A stretch of 64,000 bases of DNA from positions 88,352,001 to 88,416,000 of the forward strand of contig NW_024704743.1 in NCBI RefSeq assembly GCF_018977255.1. Reading direction: 5' to 3'. The notes beneath the pieces were generated by a model, which was not told where the DNA came from, ran no database searches, and saw only the letters and a program-made list of their open reading frames with translations. This stretch comes from Callorhinchus milii (lineage: Eukaryota). Numbering within the stretch: the first letter of the stretch is position 1; the number at the start of each line of letters is the position of its first letter. The position numbers and the translations under genes are program-made. Positions 38,190-51,194 of this stretch are shown here, one piece after another.

Positions 38190-40691
38190 TACCAAATAAA
38201 AGTTAAACACTCAAAGTTAGGGGTAAAATTTCTGTTAATAGTTAATAGGGAAATTCTATTAGTTGATTTCAAGTTGCCTTTGGCAATGTCCATAACTCTG
38301 AATGGACTTTTCTCCATTAGTATTATTATTAGTAGTAGTAGTAGTACGTGGACACACCGTGATACATTTGCAGAACTCCAAAACCAGAAGTGAGTTTTTC
38401 CTTGTTATTAAAGAACTGGTTGTGTGATTGGCTTTTTATCAACAATCTCTTGAAAGTTCTTGCGTAGTTTAACAAAGTTTCAGCAGAGAATTGGGGAATG
38501 AGCCTCAGTAAGATTCGGCCCACAGAGTTTGTTGCACTTATACTGAAACTATCTCCTCCTGGAGGAAAAGGTAGCCTGGATCCTGTGATGTTCACATCGT
38601 CTTAAACTTTAATTAAAAATTCATATAAATTGTGCAGTTTAATGCAGAATAAGGTGGTAAACACAGAATAAACTGGTGAATATACTGTAGCCTATTCGCT
38701 TGATAACAATGGAGTTAAACAGTGCCATCTTGTGGGCAAAACATATTTTTATTGTGCTCGGTTTTGCTTTGTACTGTACAATTTTTCTGAAGTTTCTTTT
38801 GTGCCACTATTTAGGCCAATTTTTTAAAATAAAAATCTGTTTAGTCACATTTTTATCACAATTATATTTACTAGTTTCTTTTATTTTTATTCTTTAGCAA
38901 ATATTTTTTTTCGAACATAAGAACATAAGAATTTGCTAGGCGAAAGAAGACCAGATCCATTTAGTTCACCTTCCACCATTTTGGCAGTTGCTTGACATGT
39001 CCCAAACTGTCATAGTTTTTACTATACGTTCATTTTATTTACATTTATCTTGTAAGAAAATGCTTTTATTCTTAAAGAGATTGTATGTAAGAAAATTAGT
39101 TTTATACCAAACAATACTCAGGATAAAAGAACTTAGGTTGTGGATATGTATATCTGCTCAACCGCTCCCCACANCCCCCCCACCCCCCACCATGTTTTTT
39201 AAGACGCACACTCTGAGATCTCCAAGCCTTGGTCCTTGCCAACCTGCGCCTAATACTTTCCGGAATTAGATAAGCAGGATGCATCCCTCCAGGGAGAGAA
39301 TGCACATTCCATTCCAATAAACATCTCTGGGATTTCCATGTGCAGATGGAATGCATTGGAATTCTCAGTTAGGTTTGGATACTCTTAAGCATAATGATGG
39401 GTTTCCGCATGTGTCAGACACTCGGCTGATCAAAAAGAATCCGCACAGGTGCTCACACCCCGCCTACAGAACTGATCAGAAGACTCAACTCCTCTTTTTA
39501 TCTTACACGTGGGCTCTCACTGCATAATAATAAAGTATTACCTTTCTAGCAAAACAAATCTTGCTGCAGTAAACAAAGACACTATGGATTTATATCTACA
39601 ATAATAATCGGGCAGGTTAGAACAGTTTAAAGATATTCACAATGGCTAGTCTCACTAGACTCTATTAGTTCATGAATGATGAGGTGTTCCACTGACCCAT
39701 TTAAATCAACAATTAACAGTTCAGCAGCATCTGTAAAGGTGACAAGTGAGCCATTAATCTTCATCCAAAATCAAAATGAGTATTTCCAGGAAAATTCTAC
39801 AGCTATTTGGTGTATGCGCATATCTCCTTATTCACTTTTTTTTTAATTTCCTAAAATTCTTCTCCACTTTTTCACTAAATATTAAATGGCTGTATTTCAA
39901 AGATATGAACACATGAAAGCATAACTGAGAAAGAAGACCGATAAATATCATTGCCGGTTATGCTATTCCCAAAGCTGGGTACAGACTGAGATGATCTGTT
40001 TGGGGCAGTAGGCTAGCGGTGAACAGAGGAAAGATAAGGATGGATGGATATTGTGCAGTACCGCGTGATAATAATTGGGGAATCGGGGAAGAATTTTCCC
40101 TCAGGAAATGAGGTCAGTGGAACAGAGTCCACACAGTACTGTTCACATGCATGCATTTCTTGGTTAGGTTTGCTGCCTAGATACATTCAGATAATCAAAA
40201 CCAAATTAATTTCACTTCTGCGAGTGAACACGACAATCTCAAATGTAATTCCTTAATAAGGATACCAAGTCACGGACAGAGATTCCTTCTGGCAACCAGA
40301 AATACATCTCTCCGTCTCAGAGAAACTCCTTAATATTTGAAGTGGAGTTCTCATGGGTCTATGTGACATACCTCCAGGTACCAGAAGGAATCCAATTTAC
40401 ATCTCAGAATTCTTATTAAAAAAACTCTTGTTTGAGACTACTGTGTTGGACCTCACTGTCAGGAGTGAGTTTTGCTAATTCTCTGATGAGTCACTAGATG
40501 GAGCACCAAGTTATAATGCGCATTGTGCAGGGTGACCAAAAAGTCATGATATCATCACAATGTCGAATAAATCTTAAAGAAATAATGATATTTTTTGATT
40601 TTTTTAGATAATAGGGTAGATTTTTGGTCATCCTGTGAATGCCATCTTTGTTGGAAAACTATTTTTTTAAGACAACAATATATATGTCCTT

Positions 40692-41709
40692 GGTCCCCCC
40701 CCATCCCTTCAATATCTATGTGCTCCCCCTTGGTGACATCATCCGCAGACACGGGGTCAACTTCCACATGTATGTGGATGACACCCAACTCTGTCTCTCT
40801 GCCCCCACCCTCAATTCCAGGACCATTGCTGTCAGACATCAAGTCCTGGATGAGAGCTAACTTCTTCAGTTCAACGTCAACAAGACTGAGGCTTTCCTGA
40901 TTGGCTCCCGTCAGCGCCTCCTCACCTCAGGCGCTGACAGCATCACCATCCAAGGACGCACACTCCACATTACTAAGCTAGTCTGTAACCTTGGCATCTT
41001 GTTTGCCCCTCAATTATCCTTTCTACCCCACATCCATGCCATGACTCGCTCTGCCTTCCCCCCTTCCACAACGTCAACTGGTTCCGCCATCGTCTCACAC
41101 CGCAGGCTGCCAAAGCCCTCATACACGGATTCATAAGATCCAGGCTCGACTATGCAAATTTCCTGCTTGTCAGCCTCCCCAACTCCTCCCTTCACAGGCT
41201 GCAGATCATCCAGAACTCTACAGCCCGTGACCTCACCCGAACCAGCCTCTGTGGCCCTATCACCCCATCCTCGCCTGACTCCACTGGCTTCCCATCACAC
41301 AGATCCTGGTCCTTACCTTCAAAGCCCTCCATGATTTTGCTCCCCCCTACCTTTGCAACCTTCTAACCCCTACCAACCTGCCCACTCACTCCGCTCAGCG
41401 GGCTCCGGGCTTGCTTTACGTCCTCCACCTCGTCCAACCCAAATTGGTGGGCAGGCCTTTAGTCACTCTGCCCCTACCCTCTGGAATTCCATCCCACAGT
41501 CCCTCCACCTCGCCCCTTCCCTTGCCTCCTTCAAGACCCGTCTCAAGACCTTCCTCTTTGACCATGCCTTCGATCACTCTCCTTCCCCCCCTGCCCTCCA
41601 ACCTTCCTGATCCCAACCGCTAACTCAGGTCCGAAACACTGATTGTCCAGCACCTTGTGATGTCCTCCCAATGTGAACGGAGCTATACAAATGTAATTTT
41701 GTTGTAGTA
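40692..41709 (+). mobile_element. Decayed L2 3' part
   Basis: [41 protein letters not shown], and tail. Confidence 0.93.
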
Positions 41710-41722
41710 TATAAATATATAT

Positions 41723-42080
41723 GGAGTCCTGTAGCTTAGTGGTTAGAGCACTCGCCTAAGCCAGAGGACCTGGATTTGATTCCCGGCAGGGCAAAACATT
41801 GGGCAAGTTTCCTTACTCCACACACCTCAGTTTACCTAGCAGTAAGTAGGAAACTGGTTATTAGTCGATTGGCAGATTGCTTTTCTGGGAGTAATAATTC
41901 CTTTAAAAAATGTGTTCATTTAATTCACAACTGTTTGTGGAACGCTGCTGTAGGCAATTGTCTTTCACGTTTCACCCACAAAACATAGTCAATTCACTTT
42001 ATAGTACATTCTGTGAAGTGCCTTGAGAACATCTAGAAGACATGATAATGCGCTATATCAAATGCAAGGATTATTATTAT
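41723..42080 (+). mobile_element. Same tRNA/CORE SINE, full length
   Basis: ggagtcctgtagcttagtggttagagcactcg...aatgcaaggattattattat. Confidence 0.9.
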
Positions 42081-44249
42081 ATACTGAAAAGAACTGATAG
42101 CAAAGAGCTAGATTATGTGCACAAAATGTTTTGCATTATCCACAACATATATCGTGATGAAAATGAAATCATTAATTAAAGTATAACTTGGAATAACTAG
42201 CAATCTATGAACAGGAAATGGCATGATAGATATTTTACAGAAGGCTTGTTAATGTCTTTTTTTCTTTCGATAATTATTTTTTATCTTATTGTGATTCTTT
42301 GTTAACAGTTATTTTTCCCTTCTGTTTAATTATTAACTTTAATAATGTTTCTATTTCTCATTGTTCCTTTTCCTTGTTTCAGGCTATTTCAGTCATACTC
42401 TCCATTCTGTGTTGACTATTGGCCCAGTTTGATGTCCCTTTGTTCAATCTCAGCTTTGTTTTCCTTACATTTCGTAGGCTGAAAAATGTGACAAACAACG
42501 TGAGAATTATCATCTATGAGATTATCAAATTTTTGGGAATTCCGCTTCTGTCGATATGTTAGTTGATGTTTGGCCATCAATGGCCATGAATAAACAATCC
42601 GCATCATCAAAATAGTTGGGCATACCACAGCGTTTCAATGTTTGTAGAACATTGGCTTAACTCAATGTTAAAAGCACAAGCTGAACAAATGGTTACCAGT
42701 GCTGGGAAAACTTCACAAGATCATAAGAGGTTCAAATGAAGAAGGTAATTTGACCCATTTGATCTCATCTTTCCAGAAAACCCACCCTATAATCCTCCCA
42801 TCACAGCATCAAGAATCACAACTTCACAACATTTTTTCTTTTAAATGAGTATGGCATCCTGGTTAAACTCTTCCAGTCTTTCATTAACCTTTAGCAAAGA
42901 AATAATTTCCAGTGTCTGCCTGAAATTAACTTGCTCAATCCTGAACTTTGCTCCTTGTTCCACTGTAGAATGCTATCTTCATTTGAGGGGGTGAGGTGGA
43001 GGGACTCTGGAGCGGAGTTCCAGAGAGCAAGAGCAGAATAACTGAAAGTTGTTCAGTAGTATAGTGAGGCGGATCAGGCAGGCACATGAAGCAGGGGCAG
43101 AGCGTGATGCTGGGGCTCTAGGGTTGGGGCTCAGAGATAGGGTGGAGCAATGCCATGGAGGACAAGAAATTACCAACGAGGGTTTGACTTGCTGGGGAAT
43201 GGAGAACCAGTGGAGTCAAACGAACGATAGGCTCAACACACTGTCAGTCCTCTGAATAAATTTGAGAATAACTGCAGCCTGAGAGCATTGAATGGATCTC
43301 GATGATCAAGCTGAGTGCGATTCACACCCTCTGAAGTACTACTGCATAATAATTATCACATTGAATCTGTTGTAAACATCACATTTTTCACCCCAACAGT
43401 TAGTCCAGCTGGAAGATCTTTTTGGTTTATATAAACATCATAATAACTTCAAAGCTCTTCATAGCTCCAGAAAAATTTTCACAATTAATTGCCAGAGTTT
43501 CATGACTCAATAAATTCCCCATTCCTACTTTTAGTGTACTTTGTCTATGTGCCAACTGTTCAGCGATATTGCTCAGCTTGTAAACAGAAGGGCATTTTTG
43601 GCAGATTTCCACAAGTTTTGAGGAAATAAAGCATTTCATACAGTGCTCTCCACTGAATCGTCCATCAAAATATAACACAAAAGTTTCCATTGACACAATA
43701 GCATTGCTGTTGGCAGAGAAATTAGACATCCAATCATATAACAGCACATTGACAATCATGGTAAAATATCTCCTGTTGGAAATGCTACTTTAATCCCTCT
43801 ATATACATGTGTATCAATGCAGAATGGTGAAATAAAGTTTCAGAAGCGTGTGAAATGTGCTGGTGGAAGAAGTAATTAGCCAAAGAATGGCCATATTTGG
43901 TGCTTATAAATAATAAAAGAATCCCTGCATTTGATAAAAGTGCCTTATCACATCGTTGAGACGGCTCAAAGTGCTTCACAGAATATATTGTAAAGTGGAT
44001 TGACTGTACATTTTGTGGGTAAATGCTGCAGTCAATTGTGCACAAGAGCTTCCCACAAACAGTCGTGGATTGAGTGACCACATTTTTTTTTGAGGAATTA
44101 TTACCCTCAGAAAGCAATTTATAAAACTGGAAAGGGAAGGATGGTTGGCAGTTAAATGCTTAAATGCTATTTAAGCTTGCCATGTCTGACCCCAAAACAA
44201 CGTGGCAGGATATTTAAAATGGCTCAATGGGTTAAGAGGAAGCCAAGCT

Positions 44250-46390
44250 TAAAGTGGCCTTAAATTCAAAGTAGACTCTGCAGAAAAACCCAGAACCAAA
44301 ACATTCTGACAGCAGCAAAGAGGAAGCACTTTCAGTAATCCACAGGGAATCCCAGAATGATGTGGAGGCCTTGAGATGGGACCTACGTTCACAAATTGGA
44401 GCCTGGGCTTGTTTGATGAGGTCCAGCCAGATCTGCCGATGGACCGTTCAATTAGATTTGAGCAGGTGCATTCAGCAGCACAAACCCTGTGTCTTGAGTG
44501 AGTGGAGGTGCCTGGTGTACAGGGGAGACTTGCATAAGTAGGATTCAGTTCATGAGGTGAGGGGGGCAAGGGCTTTGAGAATGGTGGAGAGGGAGTTGTG
44601 TAGGAGAGGTACCGAGGAAGATAAGTCAATGTGGGAGGAAGCCCAGAGTGGGAGGAAGTCAGATGACTCCAGGGCAGCGGAGAGGGATTGGGGAAGATAT
44701 TTTTCCAGTGGTGGTAGGAGATGGAGGTGGGTTGGGTGGTGGTGGGGAGAGGGATTCAGGAGTTAAGGGAGATGAAGTAATGGTCCGAGATGGCTTTGTT
44801 GGTGATGATGAGGTCCAAGACCCTGAGGATCCAGGTAATCACCAGGTCAAGCGGATTGTCATGGACATGGGTGGCAGAGTGGATGTGGAGGGAGAGATGT
44901 GAGAGGAGAGGAGAGAGGAGAAGTCAGCGGAGATAGAGCAAGAGGCGGTGAAGTGCAGGCTGAAGTTGTCTAGAATGAGAAGGTGTTCAGAACAAATTAC
45001 ACTTGTATAGCACCCTTCACATTGGAAAGATGTCCCAGGGCGCTGGACAATCAGGGGGTTTTGGACATGAGCTGGGAGTTGGTATCAGGACGGGTGGAGG
45101 GCAGGGAGTGTGGAGGTGGGACGGTGACTGAAGGCACAGTCAAAGAGGAAGGTCTTTAGACAGGACTTGCAGGAGGCAAGAGAGGAGGTGAGGCAGAGGG
45201 ATTGCGGGATAGATTTCAGGAGATGCTAAATGTCTGACTGCCATTGGTGGGGCGAGAAGTGCAGGGCACCTGAAGCAGGCCAGTGTCCGCTGAGTAGAGG
45301 GAGCGGACAGGCCGATATGGGGTTAGGAGGTCGGAGAGGTAGGGGGGAGCAAGACCGTGGAGGGCTTTGAAAGTGAGAATGAGGGTTTTGAACTCGATTC
45401 TCCAAGGGATGGGGAGCCAGTGAAGCCGGGCAAGGATGAGAGAGTACACAAGCTGCAAAGTTTTGAATAATATGTAGTATGTGGAGGGAAGAGTTGGGAA
45501 GTCCAGGGAACAGGCAGTTGGTGTAGTCAAGCAAGTGAAGAACAGAGACAGAAGAAAGCTAGAAGGGTCGAGATGTCAGAGAGGAAGATGGGGGAGGGTT
45601 TGGGTCATGATAAATGAGGAGAATTGTAAGGGAAAGATTGGAGGATGGTGTAGGATAAGGTGCTTGAAGGAAGGAAGGAAGGAAGGAAGGAAGGAAGGAA
45701 GGAAGGAAGGAAGGAAGGAAGGAAGGAAGGAAGGAAGGAAGGAAGGAAGGAAGGAAGGAAGGAAGGAAGGAACCAGAGGATTAGGGGGATAGGGCAAGCG
45801 AGAACTTGAAGATGAGCCACACAACCGGCATGGCGCTTAGGTCGTGGGGTATGGTGGAAGGGTGGTGTGGCCTCAGTCAGGGGGAGGTGTCACCTGGGGT
45901 GATCCAGGTTTCTGTGAGGGCCAGGATATCAATGTTTCCATCAACCATGAGGTCGTTGACGGTGAGGGCTTTTTGGAAAGACAGCGTACATTTTGTAGGG
46001 CAAAACGGAGGGGACATTTGGGAGAGGAATGTGTGCAATGAGGGTGGGGGTTTGGGCGGAACGATCGACAGGGAATGTGGATGAGGGAGGAGAGGTTTGC
46101 CCCCAGGGTCTGGGGCCAGTGGGTCCTGCAGTGATAGTGGGGAATTGGGGCAGTCAGTGTGGCTGCTGCTGGACAGGAGGAATCCCAGGCTGGAGCAGAG
46201 GAAGACGGAGTGGGAATGATGCGTGGTAGAGGACAGGGATGGTGGCATTTTGGGGAAAGCAGCTCGGGTATGGGGCGGCAGCCAAAAGGAGGCAAACAAT
46301 TAGCGGGGCATAGTCAGCCCGCAGGCGTGGAGACAGCAGGGGCTAGAGGAGACAGTGCAGAGGGTGGCGAGGGGGCAGGGGACATTGTTT
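44250..46390 (-). mobile_element. Older L2 5'/APE region, interrupted by a second L2 3' fragment (44991-45532) and (GGAA)n
   Basis: LQNVRCL / NDLMVDGNIDILALTETWITPGD at 45877-46000, APE/linker similarity at 44250-44990, and HWLPIPWRIEFK in the inserted piece. Confidence 0.85.
45666..45772 (+). repeat. (GGAA)n microsatellite
   Basis: Perfect tetranucleotide run. Confidence 0.97.
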
Positions 46391-46921
46391 TATTTACCAG
46401 GTTGCCCAACCTGGAAAATAACACAGAGAATTTTACAGGGAGGAAAGGAAGGGAGGGAGATAATAGTAAAGACTGGACTGAACCCTATTCCAGTAATTCA
46501 AAACTGGCGGACAGAAATTACGTCCCACAGGGATTTTGGGCCGTCTGTTCAGGCGGGAGATTTTAAAATGGCAGCTCCGCACCTGGACCCACTGATGGCC
46601 GCAGCTCCTGTAGACTTCCACTCACTTGGTGGTGCCTGCGACTAGCATCGTTCCCCGAGACCTGTCGCTACCTGCTGATCTCGAACCCCAAGACCTCAAA
46701 TGTAGATTTGTATCAGCTTGTGTTAAAATCACAATTCTTAAACTCACAATAATTTTTAAATTGTTTTTCTGCAGCCCTTAAAAATATTCTGCTCTGGCAC
46801 AATGCACTTCTCTTACTAGAGATGCTGCTTGTGACACACTTCTGGTTACCGGCAGAAGTCACTGTTTGCTGCTAGCAGCTCTTATTGCAAATCACCACAT
46901 TAAAAGAACCCAATAATATGT

Positions 46922-47622
46922 CCCCTCACGCTGCTGAAACCCTGGTTCACGCCTTTGTCACCTCAAGGCTGGACTATGGGAACTCTCTCCTCGCCGGCCT
47001 TCCCGCCACCTCCCTCCACAAGCTGCAGGTCATTCAGAACTCTGCAGCTCGTGTACTGTCCCACACCAGGCTTCGGGACCACATCACTCCCACCCTCGCT
47101 CGCCTCCACTGGCTCCCCATCCCCCAGAGGATTGATTTCAAGATCCTCATCCTCACCTACAAGGCCATTCACGGCCTTGCTCCCTCCTACCTCTCCGACC
47201 TACTATCCCCCTACCTACCTGCCCGTACCCTCCGTTCCTCTGGCTCCGGTCTGCTCCACGTCCCCCGCCCCAACCGCCCTACCATCGGTGGCCGGGCCTT
47301 CAGCCTCTCAGCCCCGAGGCTCTGGAACTCCATCCCCCAGTGCCTTCGCCGCTTCCTCCCTTTCCTCCTTCAAGGCCGGTCTCAAAACTTTTCTCTTTGA
47401 CCGTGCCTTCAGCTCCCCTCTCGACTCTCTTCCCACTCCTCGCTCCCTCCCTTCCCTCCCCTCACCCTGACCATTTACCCCCTCCTCACTCCCTCCCTTC
47501 CTTCCCCTCACCCTGACCATTTCCCCCCTGCTCGGGTCATGACCCAACTGTGCAGCGCCTTGGGACGTCATCCTGACGTGAAAGGCGCTTTATAAATGGA
47601 ATCTTGTTGTTGTTGTTGTTGT
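46922..47622 (+). mobile_element. Young 5'-truncated L2 copy
   Basis: Nearly identical to 60347-61045, including 3' UTR and (TTG)n. Confidence 0.97.
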
Positions 47623-47689
47623 ATGTATATATATATTTCCATGGTGGAAACTCCACAATTTCATCTCCTTTAATGATTTCTCCTCCTGC

Positions 47690-48270
47690 CCCTGCGTGGT
47701 CACATGCGGTATACCCCAAAGCTCTATACTTTTTTTTCACATGCTCGCTCTTGGTGATATTATGCAGACATGAGGTCAATTTCCACATGTATGTGGATGA
47801 CATGCAAATCTATTTCTCCTTTTCTAGTCATGACCCCAGTCCTACTCATGTTCTGGCTGCCTGCTTGTCTGATATCAAGGCCTGGATGAGCACCAACCTT
47901 CTGCAGCTTAATTATGGACAAGACTGAAGTCTTCTTCTTTGTCTCCCATCAATACCTTCTCACCTGCAGCTCTGAACTCTTTAACCTTTACTCCCTGTTC
48001 CTTAAACTCACTGAACCTGTTTGCAACCAGTTATCCTTCCTATCCCATATCTGATCCCTGACCAGGACTGACCTCCTCCACTTCTGTCACATTGCTCGCC
48101 TTCAACCCATATTATTTCAAATGCTGCTGAATCCCTAATTCATCTCCTGTCTCAATTTTTCCCAATCACTCTGCACCAGTTTCCCCAGGTTGGTATCAAA
48201 TCATACCACTGTTAAGCGCTCCAAGATGCTACCCGTGTGAAGGGCACTATATTAAATATAAGTTGTTATG
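47690..48270 (+). mobile_element. Decayed L2 fragment
   Basis: RHEVNFHMYVDD..CLSDIKAWMSTNLLQLN and tail. Confidence 0.85.
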
Positions 48271-48891
48271 AAGTCCATGGCACTTTTCAATCTAATTATA
48301 TAAACATAAAAGCACTTTTCTTGGGATACCAGCATTTTATTTCTTTACAATGTATACAGAATATAAACATATTTATCCCAGAATAATTTATTTGCATTCA
48401 CATCATGTCTGCTGCCACACACAGACTTGAGTATTTAATAACCTTGCATTAATAACATTGCAATTTCTAATAATAAGAACAAATCATTGATAGGAGTCTA
48501 AAAGAGCTTCTCTCGAGGATTTTCTTAAACACTTACCCTTTTTGTCCCAATCAGATTTTTAAAAAAACACTTGAATATTGATTTAATTGCATCTCACTAA
48601 TGGAGAACACAGACATTGCAGAACACCAACCTAGCCTTATTCGCACATCATTCCTCCATGAATGCGAGTGCTATGCTGAGTCTGTCAATATGGTATCAAC
48701 AAAGAACTCTGTCACTCTCCCAAAAAGTGAATTTTCTATTATCTTACATCAAAATTCTCAGCAAAACACACAGATTTTAAATAGACATTGAATAAATAGT
48801 TAATGCTAGTTAAAGGTATCTAGAAAATGAGCAATTTGTGAACAATCTACATAACTCACTTGCAACTTCATTATTTCTATGGAATGATGCT

Positions 48892-48897
48892 TTTATT
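48892..48897 (-). terminator. Candidate polyadenylation signal (AATAAA) of LRRC69
   Basis: tttatt on +, about 110 nt downstream of the LRRC69 stop. No transcript evidence. Confidence 0.45.
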
Positions 48898-49005
48898 TGC
48901 TCTCTTGTATGTTAATCTGATATAGTATTTGCAAATAATGTTGCAGATCTAATCTTCTTAGTTAAGTAAGGTTTGTTGAGCACAATTAACAGATTGTGCC
49001 ATCCA

Positions 49006-49113
49006 TTAGACTGCCACGCCATAGTAGTGATGGTCAGGACTATTGAAGCAATTGTAGGAACAAAGGAAGACACGGACAGGGATAATGGGAGTAACACCAG
49101 ACTGTTTAATCAT
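49006..49113 (-). CDS. LRRC69: LRRC69 terminal coding exon: MIKQSGVTPIIPVRVFLCSYNCFNSPDHHYYGVAV*
   Basis: Strong polypyrimidine tract plus tAG acceptor, phase 0, TAA stop at 49008-49006. PxxVxxCSYxCF...GxA matches the LRRC69 C-terminus. Confidence 0.92.
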   Translation of the reverse strand: MIKQSGVTPIIPVRVFLCSYNCFNSPDHHYYGVAV

Positions 49114-49394
49114 CTAAAAAAAAGAAAATAGAAACAATTACAAAGAATTTACATTTTTATTTTCAATAAATTAGGAGGACCCTTTTCTCTCCCCACTAAT
49201 CCCCTGCCCCACGCCTCCAACATGACCTGTTTTCAAAGGTTCATCAGGAGTTTCACATTCACATCCTGGTCTTGTTAACCAATCTCAGCTGAGATGGTGG
49301 CAGGGATTCATGGGGAATGGAAGAGCAATCACATTTATCCGTTTAATCACTATCCAGTGACCCCTGCTGGAGATGCATATATATGTGCACAAAT

Positions 49395-49750
49395 ATGATG
49401 ATGATTCTTGCATTTGCTATAGAGCCTTATCACGTCTTCGAGACTTTTCAGAGTTTCATAGAATATACTGTGAAGTGAATTGACTATATTTTTGTGGGCG
49501 AAACACGGCAACCAATGGCGCACAACAGTGCCCCACAAACAATCATGGTTTGAGTGACCAATTTATTATTTTTTGAAAGAATGATTACCCACGGCAAAGT
49601 AATCCGCCAATCGACTAACAACCAGGTTCCTACTTACTCCAAGGTAAACAGAGGTGTGTGGAGTAAGAAAACTTGTCCGACATTTCGCCCTGGCGGGAAT
49701 CGAACCAAGGCTCTCCAAGGCGAGTGCTCTAACCACTGAGCTACAGGACT
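49395..49750 (-). mobile_element. Same tRNA/CORE SINE, full length, in the last LRRC69 intron
   Basis: Reverse-strand A/B boxes, body and tail. Confidence 0.9.
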
Positions 49751-50194
49751 TGAAGTTTGTGTGTTGTGGACATCAGAAATTCCAGCCAGTCTTACTCTGT
49801 AAGACCATTTTGTCTTAAAATTTAAAATCATGATCAACTGTAGAAAATTCTTAAATTCCATATTAATTTTCAGAATATTTACACAATTTTACATGATCTT
49901 AAATTAAAATGGTTTTACTAACTGAGACTAAATGAAATTTCAGACATCAGGTGAGCGCAAAATTAGCGCACTGTTATGCAGCACAGTTATCCCCACAGTA
50001 TTGGATGTGCTGTTATTGGGCAGTGCTAAATTCCAAGCAAATACCTATCACTTCCCTGTAGAGACGGAGGGATCATGCAGGGGCTAAAAAGGGAGAGAAA
50101 AAACCTTTTTTTAAAAAAAGTTCTATTTCCATTAGGTTATTTATGTTTTTCTCGCTGAGGAATTTTGTGTACAACGTGCTTTTAGTCAGCCTAT

Positions 50195-50415
50195 TGACGT
50201 GAGTTGTTACGGTCTGGAATGCACTGCCTGAAAGGATTGTGGAAACAGATGCAATAGCTTTCAAAAGGGATTTGGATAGGTACTTGAAGAGGAAAAATTT
50301 GCAAGGATATGGGGAAAGAACGGGGTAGTGGGACTGATTGGGTAGCTCTTCCAAAGAGCCAGCACAGGCAAGATGAGCTGAATGGCCTCCTTCTGTGCTG
50401 TAATATTCTATGAAT
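50195..50415 (+). mobile_element. CR1 3' end
   Basis: tctggaatgcactgcctgaaagg...gctgaatggcctccttctgtgctgtaatattctatga. Similar ends at about 21205-21330 (+), 25135-25290 (-) and 33640-33830 (+). Confidence 0.85.
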
Positions 50416-50957
50416 TGAGAGAGAAAGGAATGGAGCTAAATTACTGGGAAAAATGAACTGGTGTTAGAACTAAAACTTAAGAGTTTGAATTTGTAAAATG
50501 ATTTTAATTCTTTTTTCACGTAAACCTTAAGTCTGATGATTTGTTGCTCAGAATATAGAATAGACAGAGATGCTGTTTGAAGACATCAGTTGAATACAAA
50601 AATACAAAGCTACATTTGGTCAAATTACCATTCTATTTTGAATTTATGATCTCTTTTCAGAGATATTGCAATTTATAAGATTTATAATAATGTTTGCTTT
50701 TTAATATTATATTTAGCAAAAAAAATGTCCCTTCACTTTTGGTAGCACAGACGGTGTATTCAATTCCTCTCCATCGTATAAAAGTGGGTCCCTTACACAG
50801 TGTGTCTATTTCAAGATTCATCAACTTTTAAATGAAGTAATTAAATAAGCATTATAAATGCAAGGATTACTAAAAGATTAAAAATGTGTCTTCACAAGGC
50901 TCTTTTAAATACGCCAGCACAGACACGATGGGCTGAATGGCCTCCTTCTGTGCTGTA

Positions 50958-51194
50958 TTTTCTCTTTGACCGAGCCTTCAGCTCCCCTCTCGACTCTCTT
51001 CCCCCTCCTCCCTCCCTCCCTTCCCTCTCCTCACCCTGACCATTTCCCCCCTCCTCGCTCCCTCCCTTCCCTCCCCTCACCCTGACCATTTCCCCCCTGC
51101 TCGGGTCATGACCCAAAAGTGCAGCGCCTTGGGACATTCTCCTGACGTGAAAGGCGCTTTATAAATGGAATCTTGTTGTTGTTGTTGTTGTTGT
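50958..51194 (+). mobile_element. Young L2 3' UTR fragment abutting a short CR1 3' end (about 50900-50957)
   Basis: Matches 60815-61045 and follows gggctgaatggcctccttctgtgctgta. Confidence 0.93.

Noticed and set aside
38329..38595. ORF with SISATNSVGRIL and FG..HGVST resembling SLC26 segments
   Set aside because: It lies upstream of the first coding remnant with motifs in the wrong order, and it overlaps probable DNA-transposon-like sequence.
45481..45824. ORFs with RKEG/PSFL repeats (and poly-N at 8864-9187)
   Set aside because: These are translations of (GGAA)n and (AAT)n microsatellites.
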